Below the pieces are notes generated by a model that ran no database searches, had not been told where the DNA came from, and saw nothing but the letters and a program-made list of their open reading frames with translations. This document shows positions 1-14,547 of a stretch of DNA of 64,000 bases, one piece after another. Position numbers and translations under genes: made by a program. The stretch comes from Eledone cirrhosa (lineage: Eukaryota): the NCBI GenBank assembly GCA_964016885.1, contig OZ024761.1, forward strand, positions 15,004,001 to 15,068,000, given 5' to 3'. Each line of letters opens with the position of its first letter. The first letter of the stretch is position 1.

Positions 1-196
1 AGTATCTGTCACCATCTGTCAATATCTGTCACCATCTCTCAATATCTGTCAATATGTCTCCATCTGTCATTTGAAATTATGATGTTGATGATTATGTGGA
101 TGTCGATATTGGTGATTGTGATGATGATGATGATTGTGCTAATGCAGTATATATGATGCTAGCTCTTGACTAACCTCTCTCTCACCCTCCCCCTAG

Positions 197-519
197 GGTA
201 CGTGATGTCCACACCAGTACTAAACACAGCAGCAGCAGCAACCATCACCACCACCACCACCACCACCACACATCTGGTCATCATCAGTCGCGTCACTACC
301 AACAGCAACAACAACAGCAGCAACAACAGCAGCAACAGCAGCAACAACAACAACAACAACAGCAGCAACACAACAGCAATCACAACAGTACTAGCAGTGG
401 CAGCAGCAGCAGCAGTAGTAGCAGCAGTAGCAGTCATGTAACGAGCCATCCTTATGTCCAGAACAGTAACAGTGTGGATAGCAGGAACTGTAGCTCCAGA
501 TCAGGATCATCAGCTTTCG
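197..519 (+). CDS. HIPK: HIPK internal coding exon (poly-H9, poly-Q23, poly-S low-complexity region)
   Basis: Pyrimidine tract + TAG acceptor (AG 195-196), open frame VRDVHTSTKHSSSSNHHHHHHHHHTSGHHQSRHYQ23HNSN...SGSSAF, donor G|GTTAGT at 520; phase 1 joins G519+GT1900 to give Gly, in frame with the next exon. This frame is not in the ORF track. Confidence 0.85.
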
Positions 520-587
520 GTTAGTATCTCACAACACTTGTTGTTAGTTTAGTACCTTTCTTTGTGTTGGCAGTAGTAGTTGTTCTT

Positions 588-1805
588 AGACCAGTACTAT
601 ATATAAGCCATAGGCCAGTACTATAAACCATAGACCAGTACTATAAACCATAAACCAGTACTATAAACTATAGATCAGTACTATGTGTAAACTATAGACC
701 AGTACTATATATAAACCATAGATCAGTACTATATATAAACCTTATGTCAGTCCTATATATACACCATAGACCAATACTATATATAAACCTTAGGCCAGTA
801 CTATATATAAACCTTTGACCAGTACTATATATAAACCATAGGCCAGTACTATAAACCATAGACCAGTACTATATATAAACCTTAGACCAGTACTATACAC
901 CATAGACCAGTACTATATATAAACCTTAGGCCAATACTATACACCATAGACCAATACTATATATAAACCATAGACCAGTACTATATATAAACCTTAGACC
1001 AGTACTATACACCATAGACCAATACTATATATAAACCTTAGGCCAGTACTATAAACCATAGACCAGTACTATACACCATAGACCAGTACTATATATAAAC
1101 CATAAGCCAGTACTATAAACCATAGACCAGTGCTATATATAATCCATAGACCTATACTATATATAAACCATAGGCTAAACCATAGATCATTAATATATAT
1201 AGACCTTAGACCAGTGCTCTATATAAACCATAGATCAGTACTATAAACCGTAGACCAGTACTATATATAAACCATGGATCAATACTATATATAAACCCTG
1301 GATCAGTACTATATATAAACCCTGGATCAGTACTATATATAAACCCTGGATCAGTACTATATATAAACCCTGGATCAGTACTATATATAAACCCTGGATC
1401 GGTACTATATATAAACCCTGGATCAGTACTATATATAAACCCTGGATCAGTACTATATATAAACCCTGGATCAGTACTATATATAAACCCTGGATCAGTA
1501 CTATATATAAACCCTGGATCAGTACTATATATAAACCCTGGATCAGTACTATATATAAACCCTGGATCGGTACTATATATAAACCCTGGATCAGTACTAT
1601 ATATAAACCCTGGATCAGTACTATATATAAACCCTGGATCGGTACTATATATAAACCCTGGATCAGTACTATATATAAACCCTGGATCAGTACTATATAT
1701 AAACCCTGGATCAGTACTATATATAAACCCTGGATCAGTACTATATATAAACCCTGGATCGGTACTATATATAAACCCTGGATCAGTACTATATATAAAC
1801 CATAG
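588..1805. repeat. 24-bp minisatellite filling most of the HIPK intron 520-1899
   Basis: gaccagtactatatataaaccata variants grading into homogeneous ggatcagtactatatataaaccct (about 1277-1800). Confidence 0.95.
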
Positions 1806-1899
1806 AAATTGTAGTGTGAGATGTAATTATTATGATATCAATGTAAACCAGTTTGAAAGTTTCTCTGTTGATTCACCTGTCATCTGTTTCTGTCCTCAG

Positions 1900-2917
1900 G
1901 TTCTCCGAGAGTTCGAAAGAATGTAATCAGCTGCGTAACAGTTCCTGACAGCCCAGAGCTGGACCATATTTCTGCTGTAGCAGCGTCTGCTAGCAACTCT
2001 GCTGCCCCCCACACTGCTCGCAAACCTCTTACATTTACGCCCATTAAACATGAAATTACCTCCTCTTCCACCACCTCTTCCTCCGGCAATATTGCCAACA
2101 TCAAGGGCCTAGCAGCAGTCTCCTCTGCCTCATCTTCATCGTCGTCCTCTTCTTCATCCTCATCCTTGGGTGGCTGCGCAGTCTCGGCTGTCTCTGCGGC
2201 TACCACGAACACAGCCTTGCTCCCCGATAACAACTACGCCATCGCAGTCGCTGCCAACAACAGCAGTAGCAGCAATAATAATAATAATAATAATAACAAC
2301 AACGGTGGCAGCTACATTAAAAGCCACATGGTCCCTCCGAATCAAAGACAACATGTTCCCACATCCAGCAGTGTTGCCGCGATGAGAGCTACGTCAGCCT
2401 CCCTCTCGTTCATTCCACCCAACGTCGTGATGTCCGAACCATCTCGACACCACAAATACCGTGAGCAGGTGACGAAAACCTCCCCTTTCGTAACACACAT
2501 TCCCAAGCAGGAAGTCTCTTCGCTCTCCTCGTCTTTTCTCTCTTGTGCGCCGTCGACCATCGACCGACTGCACAGCAACCGAAGTCCAGTGAAACACGAG
2601 GTCAAGCCGCTTCCGTTGGAGGTCGAATTGACCAGCGCAGCAGCATCAATCCACAGTAAGCTTGCATACGTCTCTCCTACAGTCAGACTCAGCCAAAACC
2701 AGCCGCGAACACAACACGGCCTCTCATCTCATCGGAATTTCATTGGTCACCAGCCGGCCGGTACATTAGTAGCCACGGTCCTCAACAGCAAACAGCGTAT
2801 CCCCAACGGCCTCAGCAGTGCAGCACATAGCTCCTCTCAACTTTCTCCAGCTCATCCCAGTGTCCACATTGGACAACCTATCTTTCTAAATACTGGCTCT
2901 CAACTCGAAGTGCATAG
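1900..2917 (+). CDS. HIPK: HIPK internal coding exon
   Basis: Acceptor tctgtcctcAG (1898-1899); translates GSPRVRKNVISCVTVPDSP..., matching the HIPK2 motif KQRKNVISCVTVHDSP from memory; in frame with ORF 2166..2921; donor AG|GTAAGT at 2918 (phase 2). Confidence 0.93.
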
Positions 2918-3204
2918 GTAAGTGGACTGCCTTGTTTCCCTCCCATGTCTTCACCACCGCCACCACCACCACCACCACCACCACCACCGCCACTGACCAC
3001 TATTACCACTGACTACCCCACGCCCCTTCTCCAGATCTAATCCAATAAGTTGGACTCCACCTCTTCCTCTTCCTCTTCCTCTTCACAGTTTAACTGCTCC
3101 CACCCCACATTCAGCAAAGTGTGTGTATATATATCCATATATATATATATATATATGTGTGTGTGTACATATATGAAAGCATATATATATATATATGTAT
3201 TCAT

Positions 3205-3249
<45 letters not shown>

Positions 3250-3261
3250 TATTTGTATTCA

Positions 3262-3294
<33 letters not shown>

Positions 3295-3380
3295 GTATTC
3301 ATATATGTGTATATATATATGTGTATATATATATATGTATACATATATATATACACATATAAATATATATATACATACAT

Positions 3381-3421
<41 letters not shown>

Positions 3422-3541
3422 CATACATATATAATATATATACATACATATATAATATATATATATACATACATATATAATATATATATATATACATACA
3501 TATATAATATATATATATATATACATACATATACATAAGTG

Positions 3542-3575
<34 letters not shown>

Positions 3576-3609
3576 CATACATATATAATATATATATACA
3601 TACATATGC

Positions 3610-3669
<60 letters not shown>

Positions 3670-3717
3670 CCTCCTCATCTCTACAGTTCAACTACCCTCA
3701 CCCCACTACTCAGCAAC

Positions 3718-3753
<36 letters not shown>

Positions 3754-4995
3754 ATATATATACCTATACCTATATATATATATATATACACCTCTCTCTC
3801 TCTCACACTCACACACATCTACTACTACAACTCTTTTCTAAAACATTCAAACAAACAAACCCTATGTCTTCTGTCGTACATTTTTGAGGGAATGGGTGGG
3901 GCGTTTGGGCTATCAGTCAATCAATCAATTTATCTATAAATCAATGAATCAATCAATCCAGTCAGTCAGTCAGTCAGTCAACCCAATCAATCAATCAATC
4001 AATTAAACAATTAATCGATCAGAGAAAGAGAAGAAGAAGAAGAAAAATGCGAAAGCTCACACACTGTGCACGACCTACGACCTATGACCATCACCGCCAC
4101 CACCGCCGCCGTTGCCATAACTACCACCACCACCACCATCACCACATTTGGAGAACGAACTGCCATGTCGACTTTTTTGTTTGTCACAACACACACACAC
4201 ACACCTTCTACCACCACCACCATCCCACCATCCCACCCCCTTGCTCCATCAATTTGATTTGATCCGATCCGATCCAAAACAGCTTTTACACATTTTTTTT
4301 TTTTAAATATTATAATTCCCCCCTCCCCCTGCCCTGCCCCTCCCCCGATCCCCCAGCCCCCACCCCTTCACTCACTACATTTATCTTGTTTGGATTAGAG
4401 GAATATCAGTCGGATCATTAATCTAGAAGAAAAAAAAAAAAAACCCTCTCCTCCACCATAACAACAACAACAACAACAACAACAGCAGCAACCACTAACC
4501 ACTCCCCCCCCCTTCACCATGCCACTCTGTTCCGTTCTAAGCTGAAACGAAAAAAAAAAAGAAACAACCCTCGAGAGAAGCAACAAAGCTATAAAAAAAA
4601 GTGACATAACATAAAACCGAAAAGAAATTATCCCCTTTCCCTATATTTCCCTCCTTTTATTTTTCCCCCCTCTCTCTCTCTCTCTCTCTCTCTCGAGCAG
4701 CCGGAGAAGAAAACAGTTCTTATCATTCATCCAACCGCCCTCCTTCTCTCTCTCTCACTTGATCACCACTCTCTCTCTCTCTCTCTATCTATCTCTCTCT
4801 CTCTCTCACTCACTCACCACATTTCAAGCTCACAAGTCACACTCACCACCTACTACAGCTTGTTAATAATACTCAACCAACACGTGTGAAATTTTTTTTT
4901 TTTTTTTTTTTTCCCCCACCAACACCACTACCACCACCACCACCACCACCACAATCGGCTGGACAGAATTCTTGAAAGATGATAATAATAATAAT

Positions 4996-5028
<33 letters not shown>

Positions 5029-5305
5029 TGCTTCCCACACCACTGTTGCTTGCTTCTCTGCTTCTTATTTGGAATGGTTTTTAATTCAATTCCACTGTAA
5101 AATCTGTCTTTTAAAAAAATACGTATGTAAGGCGGTGCCCCAGCATGGCCGCAGTCGAATGACTATTATAAAAAAAAAAAAAGGAAAATCAGCATATCAT
5201 CTTGGTCTGAGAAAATCCCTGGAACCATACAAGAGAAAAAAATGGGAAAAGAATATATATATATTATATATATTCTTATATATATATATATTATATATAT
5301 TCTTG

Positions 5306-5340
<35 letters not shown>

Positions 5341-5803
5341 ACACGACAACCCAACACAAAAAAAAAAAATAACAAAACATAGACAAAGTCAGCCATTGGA
5401 ACAGACTGGGACAATAGCCACCACATCTACTTTATAAAATAGATTATTTTTTTTTACCCTGGTGAAAAAAAAAAGAGAAAGAAAGAAAGAAAAATATCTA
5501 ATAAGTTAAAACCATGATGGGGACAGACGACTTCCTGCCGAGCTTGGGCTTGCTGGTTGGTTTTGGTTTTCATTCAGCATGTTGTGTGTGGTTTACATTG
5601 CAGCCCCGTCAGGACTGAGCCAAGAGAGATTTTGGGGGACAATCCATTTTTTTTACTGCATGGTTCAATAAGACTTTCTCTAATAATTGATGTAGTCACC
5701 ACAATCAGTCTTTTTGTTGTTCTCTCTCTCTCTCTCTCTTTCTGTATCTCTTTCTATCTGACTATCTATCTATCTCTCTCTCTCTCTCTTTCTATACATA
5801 TAT

Positions 5804-5847
<44 letters not shown>

Positions 5848-6879
5848 GTGTGTATATATAATTCTTTTGATTCTTAAATAAAACAATTTTGTAACCAAGC
5901 ATCGCACTGGCCCATATTGAGTCCTTTATTTCTTTTCAATGTGATGTTGAAACATCTAAACCTCCATCTCATAACGATGATTATGAGGATGATGATGATG
6001 GTGATGGAGACAAAGATTTAATAATGAATAATACTGAAAATAACAACAACAACAGCGATGATAACAACATTGGTTTCTAATTTAGGCACAAAGCCAGCCA
6101 TTGGAGGGGGAGGAAAAAAAAAAAGCAATCAACCCCAAGTACATAACTGGTACTTTATTTTATTGACTCCCTGGAAGGATGAAAAACAAAGTTGACCATT
6201 TGTGGGATTTGAACTCAGGACGTAGAGAGTCAGAATAAATGCCTCAAAACATTTTATCTGACGCTCTACCGATTCTGCCAACCCATTGCCCTTAACGATG
6301 GTGATAATAATGATGCTGATTATGATGATTATGACAATGATGATGATGATTATGATTAATTAATAATGAAATGACATTGACCCACTACACACTCACCACA
6401 TGCTTCAAACTCCAACACACACACACATACACCATCACACAGACTCCATCACACAGACTCCATCACACACACTCCATTACATACCCTACACACTCCATAC
6501 AACATATGCCGCACACACTCCATCATACACACCACGACCACCATTGAGCAGCAACAGTGACAAAGGTGTAATTTTAAGTGTAGCTGGTTTCCTCCGCTGA
6601 TTACCAGAAGGGACAGGAATAGAGTTTCTCTTGGGTGCGGCTCAGAAAGCCTGAACAAATTAAGGATTTTAAAGTAAAAGGGTTGATCCCAACAAAATTT
6701 TGGCAATGTGGTTACTTACAAGATTTCTCTGGCCCTTTTTTCACTTCCTCCTTCACTCACACTCAAACTTCCTCTTTCTCACACTCACATGCACACTCAC
6801 TGGATTAGGTCAGCATTTGTTAGCAAAATAATTGCAGTTTACAGATGGTGTTGGTGTTTACTGTGCAGCTTATTAGCTA

Positions 6880-7950
6880 TTGCAGCTTGTTGGTGCAGTT
6901 GGTGAATGTAGCTTGTTGGTGCAGCTGGAGAGTGTAGCTTGTTGGTGCAGTTGGTGAGTGTAACTTGTTGGTGCAACTGGAGAGTGTAGCTTGTTGGTGC
7001 AGTTGGTGAGTGTAGCTTGTTGGTGCAACTGGAGAGTGTAGCTTGTTGGTGCAGTTGGTGAGTGTAACTTGTTGGTGCAACTGGAGAGTGTAGTTGTTGG
7101 TGCAGCTGGAGAGTGTAGCTTATTGGTGCAGTTGGTGAGTGTAACTTGTTGGTGCAACTGGAGAGTGTAGCTTGTTGGTGCAGTTGGTGAGTGTAGCTTG
7201 TTGGTGCAGTTGGTGAGTGTAACTTGTTGGTGCAACTGGAGAGTGTAGTTGTTGGTGCAGCTGGAGAGTGTAGCTTATTGGTGCAGTTGGTGAGTGTAAC
7301 TTGTTGGTGCAACTGGAGAGTGTAGCTTGTTGGTGCAGTTGGTGAGTGTAGCTTGTTGGTGCATTTGGTGAGTGTAACTTGTTGGTGCAGTTGGTGAGTG
7401 TAGCTTGTTGGTGCAGTTGGTGAGTGTAACTTGTTGGTGCAACTGGAGAGTGTAGCTTGTTGGTGCAGTTGGTGAGTGTAACTTGTTGGTGCAGTTGGTG
7501 AGTGTAGCCTGTTGGTGCAGTTGGTAAATGAAGCATTAAAGTGCAGTTGAGTACAGCATGTAATTGCAGTATGTAGTCATTGAGTGGAGACTGCCATTGC
7601 ATTGTGCAGCATGTAGTTGCAGTGTGCAGTTGATGAGTATAGCATGTAGCTGCAGAGTGCAGTTGGTGAGGGAAGCATTTAGTTGTAGTATGCAGTTGAC
7701 GAATATAACATATAGGTGCATTTGGTGAGTGCAGCATGTGTGTATTCGATGACTCGAGGCTATCATTGCAGAGTGCAGTTGTTGAATGTAGCATGTAGTT
7801 GCAGCTTGTAGTTGTGGAGTGCAGCTTGTAGTTGTTGAGTGCAGTGTGCAGTTGAGTGTAGTCTGTAGTTTCAGTGTGCAGTTGTTGAGTGCAGCATACA
7901 TTTGTTGAGTGTAGCCTGTAGTTGCAGTGTGCAGCATGTGGTTGCGGTGT
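6880..7950. repeat. 26-bp minisatellite with degenerate 3' flank
   Basis: gcttgttggtgcagttggtgagtgta units. Confidence 0.93.
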
Positions 7951-8835
7951 GTAATTTGGGAGTGGAAGCTATCACTGCTGTTATTGACTTCACCTTGTAT
8001 AACCCACAATAGAAATTATTTCATCTAACCCAAATTCTAACACATTGTTTGTTTTTGAAATGAACTTTTATTAATTTTTGTTGTGGTTCCAATCCAGTGC
8101 CTGTGGTGGTGGTCACCATCTTTGTATTTGGTCCTTCAGTAATATTGTAACTCCCCCACCACATACACATACACTCACAGTTGTAGCTTCATCTCTTGCT
8201 TTCCCTTTCAGTCTCTTTAGTCCCTCATCTATTTCCCTCTCTAGTTATCATCTGTCTATCTAGTTCTCTCTCTCTCTCACTCACACCTTCCCATCTATTC
8301 ATTAATGATGTCTTCCCTCCATCCCTCACACCTATTTCATCTCACGTTCTCGCCACCATCACCATGAGTATCGTCACCATCATTGCCATCATTACCATCA
8401 CTACCATTGCTGTCATTGCAATCATCACCACCACCACCACCATCATCATCATCACCACCATCACCATCATCATTACTTCCACCAACACCATTAACTACTG
8501 ATGGAGTTGTAGAGCTGCCCTGTCCTGGAGCCCATCCATCTCCAGGTCAAAACATGACTGACTTCTTCCAGAGAAAGAGAGAAAGAAAGTGGCAGAGTGA
8601 TGGAGGAAAAATCTAGCCCAGTACTGAACTAATATATTATTTATCAACTTGAAATGCATGAAAAGCAAAGTTGACCTTTGTGGGATTTGAACTCAGTGTG
8701 GTGAACTGAAATACTTTGGCAATTTTAATCAGTTGTTCATCCTAATTTGCTTCCTTGCTGGGGAACTAGCTGTCACAAATCAAATGATTGTTCACAGAAA
8801 AAAAAAATTATTCTACAAAATACATTTCTATATAC

Positions 8836-8889
<54 letters not shown>

Positions 8890-9012
8890 GTATCTATGTA
8901 TATGTATATATATATATATATATGTATCTATGTATGTATATATATATATTTGTATATGTATCTATGTAAGTATGTATGTGTATATATATGTATCTATGTA
9001 ACTATATATATA

Positions 9013-9358
9013 TGGAGGCACATGGCTTAGTGGTTAGAGCATTGGCCTTGCAATCGAAAGGTTGTGAGTTCAATTCTCAGACCGAGTAATGTATTGTTTC
9101 CTTGAGCAAGACACTTTATTTCACATTGCTCCAGTTTACTCAGCTGTAGAAATGAGATGATAGGGACTGGGGTCCCTATCATTCCACTGCAAAGTGGTCG
9201 TGGAGGTGCCACGTCAAAAAAAGCACCCAGCACTCACTGTAAATGAGGTTGGTGTTAGGAAGGGCATCCAGCTGTAGAAATCAAGCCAGAATCAGTTCCC
9301 GTCCCACCCTTGCAAGCAGAGAAAAGCGGACGTAAAATGATGATGATGATGATGATGA
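9013..9358 (+). mobile_element. tRNA-derived SINE with RTE-type 3' tail (near-identical copies 59105-59437 and 62366-62704 on -)
   Basis: A box tggcttagtgg, B box agttcaattc, central ccttgagcaagacactttatttcac, tail gttaggaagggcatccagc...gatgatgat shared with the LINE 3' UTR at 16291-16430. Confidence 0.9.
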
Positions 9359-10947
9359 TATAAATAGCCATTCTCTTGGACTTTTACGAAGCTTTGAAAG
9401 GATAACATTAATATAGAGTGGCGGGCTCATGCGTGAAGATGCTATCTGGCGGAAACTTCTTCTTCCATCTTTAGGGGTATTCAACCTATTTTATATAGTA
9501 TCTCTGTGCATGAGCACATCACTCTTTATACTATATATATAAAATGGATATCTAGAATAAGTGTTATTTACTATTAACTCTGGTTTACCCAAGCCTTATA
9601 TATATATAATTTTCACTGCATAATCCTTGATTGTCCTGCTCTCTCGGGAGTATTGGTATGTTTCACTCTCCTTCAATTTTCTGTAAATAAAATGGTTGGT
9701 TATACCAACAACTTTATAGATGTAAGTAAATATAATAAGTTGTAGAATCAATCATTTAGTGAATTGGTTGGTAATAGGAATGACATGAAGGTATGTAACT
9801 TTGTGGTTAGACTGTTGGGTTCACAATCGTAAGGTTGTGAGTTTGATTCCTTGGCTAGACAGTACATTGTGTACTTGAGCAAGACACTTTATTTTACATT
9901 TTGCTCCAGTTTACTCAGCTGTAGAAATTTGTTGTGACATCACTGGTGCCAAACTGTATCAGCCTTAGCCTTTCCCTTGAACAACATTGGTGGCATGGAA
10001 AGGGGAGACTGGTATGCATGTGGACTTCCACAAAAACACCTTTCCTCCTAGGCTTGTACCTTAGAGGGGAACTTTCTAGGTTCAAAACCCATGGTTATTT
10101 ATACCCAAAGGGGTTCCTTCAATAGCAGGGACATTCAGTTGTAGAAAACTTGCCAAAAGGTTTGAGAGAACTCTTCTGTTGTGTCAATAATATGACAAAC
10201 TCCCTAGTACTGATGCCATGATAACATGTTTTGCACACTAGGTAGAGTGTAGGAACATATACATGGGATGAGATCACAGCCTACCTGAGAAGTCAGAGGC
10301 TCTGATTGAGTATTGCTTTGATCTGTGATGACCTATCCATCCTTTGTTAGGAGAGAAAACCTTAAATGATAAATATATATCTCAAGTATGGTCATTTGGT
10401 ACCTTGTAAGGGTAATTAGACTCATGCCAAGGTAGAGATGATTCTCTTCTGAGTATCAAGCATCACTTCGTATCGATGCCTCACAGATGGACATCAAAAC
10501 GAGAAGCAATACGTAATTAAACTTGAGCGGGTGGTAGGTTCACTCCTTCTCGAGCTTTGACTTAAAAGTGTTGACTGATGATGATGATAACGAATTGTAC
10601 CTTTTAAAAATTGTTTCAATGGAAAGTTGTTCAGTAAGAAGTCGTTTGGAAAATAAATAAAAAATCTTGGCACCTCATTCTACAGATGTTTGGCTGTCTG
10701 CTGACAAGCAGAGGGTTATATAGGCATTAATTGAGATGCCAATCTTTTAAAGTCAGCATCTGCCACTTCGGCGTGAGAAATAGCTATTTGACTGAGGTGA
10801 AAGGTCCTTAACCAAGAATCAAAACCTTGTGTCAGTTTGATTAAACTTCTTGAAGGAGTTACTATGTTGCTCAAGATTAAGTATATTTATTCCACATGCC
10901 ACCACCATAAATGAAACTTAAGGGTCAGTCCGCCTCGTGTACAGAAC

Positions 10948-12135
10948 ATAACCTGTTTGATACCAAACCACCTGAAACCACCCCTTGTTTTACCGCACAA
11001 AACTGTGTTCTTAAAGTGTTTATATTTTTCTATAAACGTTCCACGTAAAAACCCTTTTTTAGCTATGTTCCAAACACCAACTTAATAATGAGAAAGTTAA
11101 GTAAGTTGTTATATTACTAAATCCTCTTTATTATTTTCAAAACCTTTTATTCACAGTTGTATAATAATATATTGCTTACAGAACGAAAACAAAAACACGT
11201 AATATATACAAATATAAAAGCATAAAAGAGAGATACATTTTTTTAAATTATACGCAGTGATTCTTTATTAATTAGAAACAAAAACGATGAGGAAAGGGTT
11301 AAATTTAATAATTGTTTCTACTTTTTGCACAAGGCCAACAAATAAAGCAGTGCATTACTGGTACTTTATTTTATCGACCCCGTAAGGATGAAAGGCAAAG
11401 TTAACCTCGGCGGGATTTGAACTCAGAATGGCAAGGACCGTAACTCTATGCGTCAAAGCATGTCGCCCGACCCTATCTTCACATGAAGCGATATAACAAG
11501 GAAAACTTTATCAATCGGAGAATACAATGCAACGAGAAAAACATGCTTTTTACAATGACCGGAAGTTTAAACAGTAATCGAGAGTTATTTCCCCTGTATA
11601 GCTTGTCTTTTGTAGAATTATGTATCGATAAAATCTGACGTTGAATACAGCTTATAAGACAGTTAGTTGCAAGTAATAAAAAAATAATGATAATGAAATT
11701 ATGTGCTTTTTGTGGCATGGCATAGCACCTGATTGTTTAACCCTTTCGTTAACATAATTCTAACGAAGGTGTCCATAATTTTTAAATCTTTCGAAAATAA
11801 TCAAGAATTTGGAGAAATGTAGTAAAGAAAATGAAAATAATTTTTTTTAAATTGTCATTAAGCTGGTGTGTGGGACATAACATAACAAAGGTTCTTATAT
11901 AAAATTATAATGGAGCATTTTTATATAATTATAAACACTTTAACCTTTTCGTTACAATATTTCTAATCAAAGAAAATACCTATAAGTTTCAAATAGTTTT
12001 GAAGATATTTAGTAATATAACTTTCTCATTTATTAAGCAGGTGTTTGGAACATAACATAACAAAAGTTCTTACATAAAATTATTGTCGACGGTTTTTATA
12101 TAATTTAAGCACTTTAACTCTTTCATTAACATATG
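10948..12135. repeat. Degenerate about 190-bp repeat with ttaaccctttcgtta ends: one - copy (10948-11302) and tandem + copies (11738-12135)
   Basis: Shared gctggtgtttggaacata and ttaaccc(t)tt motifs; probably piggyBac-derived. Confidence 0.5.
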
Positions 12136-12289
12136 ATAAGAAACTGTCTAAAATGTTCAAAAGTTCTTTCATAAAACTATGATGGGATTTTTTAGATAAA
12201 TATAAACAATTTAAAATATGATACTTTATCATACAACCCTGACAAATCTTAAGCCGTTTGATATCAAATGTATTAAACTGGTAACAAAG

Positions 12290-12830
12290 TAAGTCTAGGC
12301 ACCCAAGGGAGAGGTGATGGTGTTGAACTGGCTGGCAGATTATGTCTACCACTCAAGCACTAGGTAGTGGTGTTAAACCAGGTGACCGATTAAGTTTATC
12401 ACCCAAGGGAGAGGGGGGGGGGTTAAACTGGGTGACAGATTAAGTCTTCCACCCAAGGGACAGGTGGTGTTAAACTGGGTGACATTAAGTCTTCCACCCA
12501 AGGGACAGGTGGTGTTAAACTGGGTGACAGATTAAGTCTTCCACCCAAGGGACAGGTGGTGTTAAACTGGGTGACAGATTAAGTCTGCTACCCAAGGGCC
12601 AGGTGGTAATATTAAACTGAGTGACATTAAGTTTACCACCCAAGGACCAATTGGTGATGTTAAACTAGGCGACAGATTAAGGCTACCACCCAAGGACAAG
12701 GTATGGTGTTAAACTGAGTGACAGATTATGTATGTCTATGAGCCAGGGACCTGGTGGTGGTGTTAAATTGAGTGTCAGATTAAGTCTACCATTCTAGGAC
12801 CTGGTGGTGGTGTTAAACCAGGTGACAGAT
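12290..12830. repeat. About 47-bp minisatellite
   Basis: cacccaagggacaggtggtgttaaactgggtgacagattaagtcttc units. Confidence 0.9.
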
Positions 12831-12833
12831 TAA

Positions 12834-13055
12834 CCCTTTAGCATTTACATGATTATATATTTACTATTATATTTTCATGGTAAAGGCTTTACCTCATATA
12901 ATTTTCTCACATAATATTGAATCTATGAGATTTTGATCTTATTTATGTTGAGAAAAATACCTTAACATCAGTAAGAGAGGCTGGTTACAGCCGGTTTGAA
13001 CAGAAAAAAGGTGAGAGAATTCTGATTGGATACAGCCAGTTTAAATGCTAAAGGG
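12834..13055. mobile_element. piggyBac-type MITE (second copy 45823-46033)
   Basis: TTAA-CCCTTTAGCATTTA ... TAAATGCTAAAGGG-T(C/T)AA; internal sequence shared by both copies. Confidence 0.8.
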
Positions 13056-13450
13056 TCAACCACTTCAGAAGGCCATCATCATGTGAAGTAAGAGGTTTAT
13101 ATATTTTACTATATAGCATCCTATTAAAACTTCTATTTAATGAAACACATCATGGCTAAATAAATAAATCATCATCATCATCACCAACATTATTATTATT
13201 ATTGATTTTTTTGAAAATCATTATTAATATTTTTACTACTACTACTACCACAACCAGCACTACTACTACTACTAGTAGTACTACTACTATGTGATTGTGG
13301 CATAACTGTCACACACTATGACCACTCTTAATATATACACACACACACATACATACATGTATGTATGTAAAAGTAATAACAAAAATAACAAACAGCATAG
13401 TACATGGAAAAATATATATTAGTTTAATGCTTGAAGTAGCAGGAAGAGAG

Positions 13451-13486
13451 TCTTAACGTTTCGGACACAAGTTTTTCATCAGAAGA
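13451..13486 (-). ncRNA. Minimal hammerhead-like motif, degenerate stem II
   Basis: Minus strand tctt-CTGATGA-aaaacttgtgtcc-GAAACGTT-aaga. Confidence 0.55.
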
Positions 13487-13591
13487 TAGAGTTAGAAAAA
13501 GAAAAGTGATGAGAGGAAGGAACAGGGAAAATAAGAAAAAAATTTGGGGAGAAAAAAAACACATGTGCGTATTAAGTCAGCCATCTTGGAG

Positions 13592-13717
<126 letters not shown>

Positions 13718-13842
13718 GCCAGAATCAGTTCCCGTCCCACTCTTGCAAGCAGGGAAAAGCGGAAGTAAAAGGAAACGAAAAAATATATATACCTCTTTAT
13801 ACATACTCATAAATACTCTCACACATATACGATGATCACCCT

Positions 13843-13885
<43 letters not shown>

Positions 13886-13888
<3 letters not shown>

Positions 13889-14145
13889 ATCAAAAGATGG
13901 TTAAAAAAGTTCCATGTATTTTATTATGCGCATTTCAAAAACAAATATCATCATGCGATGACATTTGCGTTTTCGTCAGACAAAATAGGGAGACATGATA
14001 TGAAGGTTAAAAAACACTTGTGAATAGTGCAGTTTTAAATCAACATATCATTTATATATTATTTATACTCCAGTCCTACAAACTGTAGAGTGCTACTTAT
14101 CCGATATCTGCATTGCTTTATTGTACTACAATAAAACTCACCTCC

Positions 14146-14150
<5 letters not shown>
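13886..14150 (+). mobile_element. Penelope-like element: inverted arm joined to sense tail
   Basis: 13886-14045 matches 43042-43200; 14065-14150 is the reverse complement of 42948-43033; lies in (TA)n. Confidence 0.8.
13919..13986 (-). ncRNA. Hammerhead ribozyme, same family as 43252
   Basis: Minus strand ttttgt-CTGACGA-aaacgcaaatgtcatc..gatgatatttgttttt-GAAATGCGCATA-ataaaa. Confidence 0.85.
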
Positions 14151-14184
<34 letters not shown>

Positions 14185-14266
14185 AAATATAATATACAGT
14201 TAGAAACTCACATATATATACACACACAAACTTTCTTGCACAAACACTATGATCACCCTATGTGTG

Positions 14267-14321
<55 letters not shown>

Positions 14322-14547
14322 ACACACGTTACCAAATACCCCCTCCCCCCACCGCCGCTGCCCACCATGTTCCATTGTATTTTTCCTCTTCATCCTCCTT
14401 CCCAGAGTTCTAAGAAAGGAGAAAGACAGGTTTGTTTTTTTTTTTTGTTTTCTAATTTGTTGCCACCACCACCACCCTCACCATTGTTGTGTTGTTGTTG
14501 TTGTTGTTGTTGTTATTATTATTATTATCATTATTATTATCATTATA

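Noticed and set aside
159-449. ORF-track proteins at 159..449 (-) and 166..441 (+)
   Set aside because: Alternative frames of the HIPK poly-Q exon; only the third + frame has matching splice phase.
1277-1800. CRISPR-like regular array
   Set aside because: Pure tandem 24-mers without unique spacers; eukaryotic intron; no cas genes. The same applies to 12290-12830, 14822-15210 and 18440-19025.
6839-8009. LHQQ/CTNK repeat ORFs on -
   Set aside because: 26-bp minisatellite (unit not a multiple of 3); the same peptides recur in all frames.
9013-9085. tRNA gene
   Set aside because: It is the tRNA-derived head of a SINE repeated with the same body and tail elsewhere.
10575-10600. CTGATGA hammerhead core
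   Set aside because: Part of a (GAT)n run with no stem II or GAAA partner.
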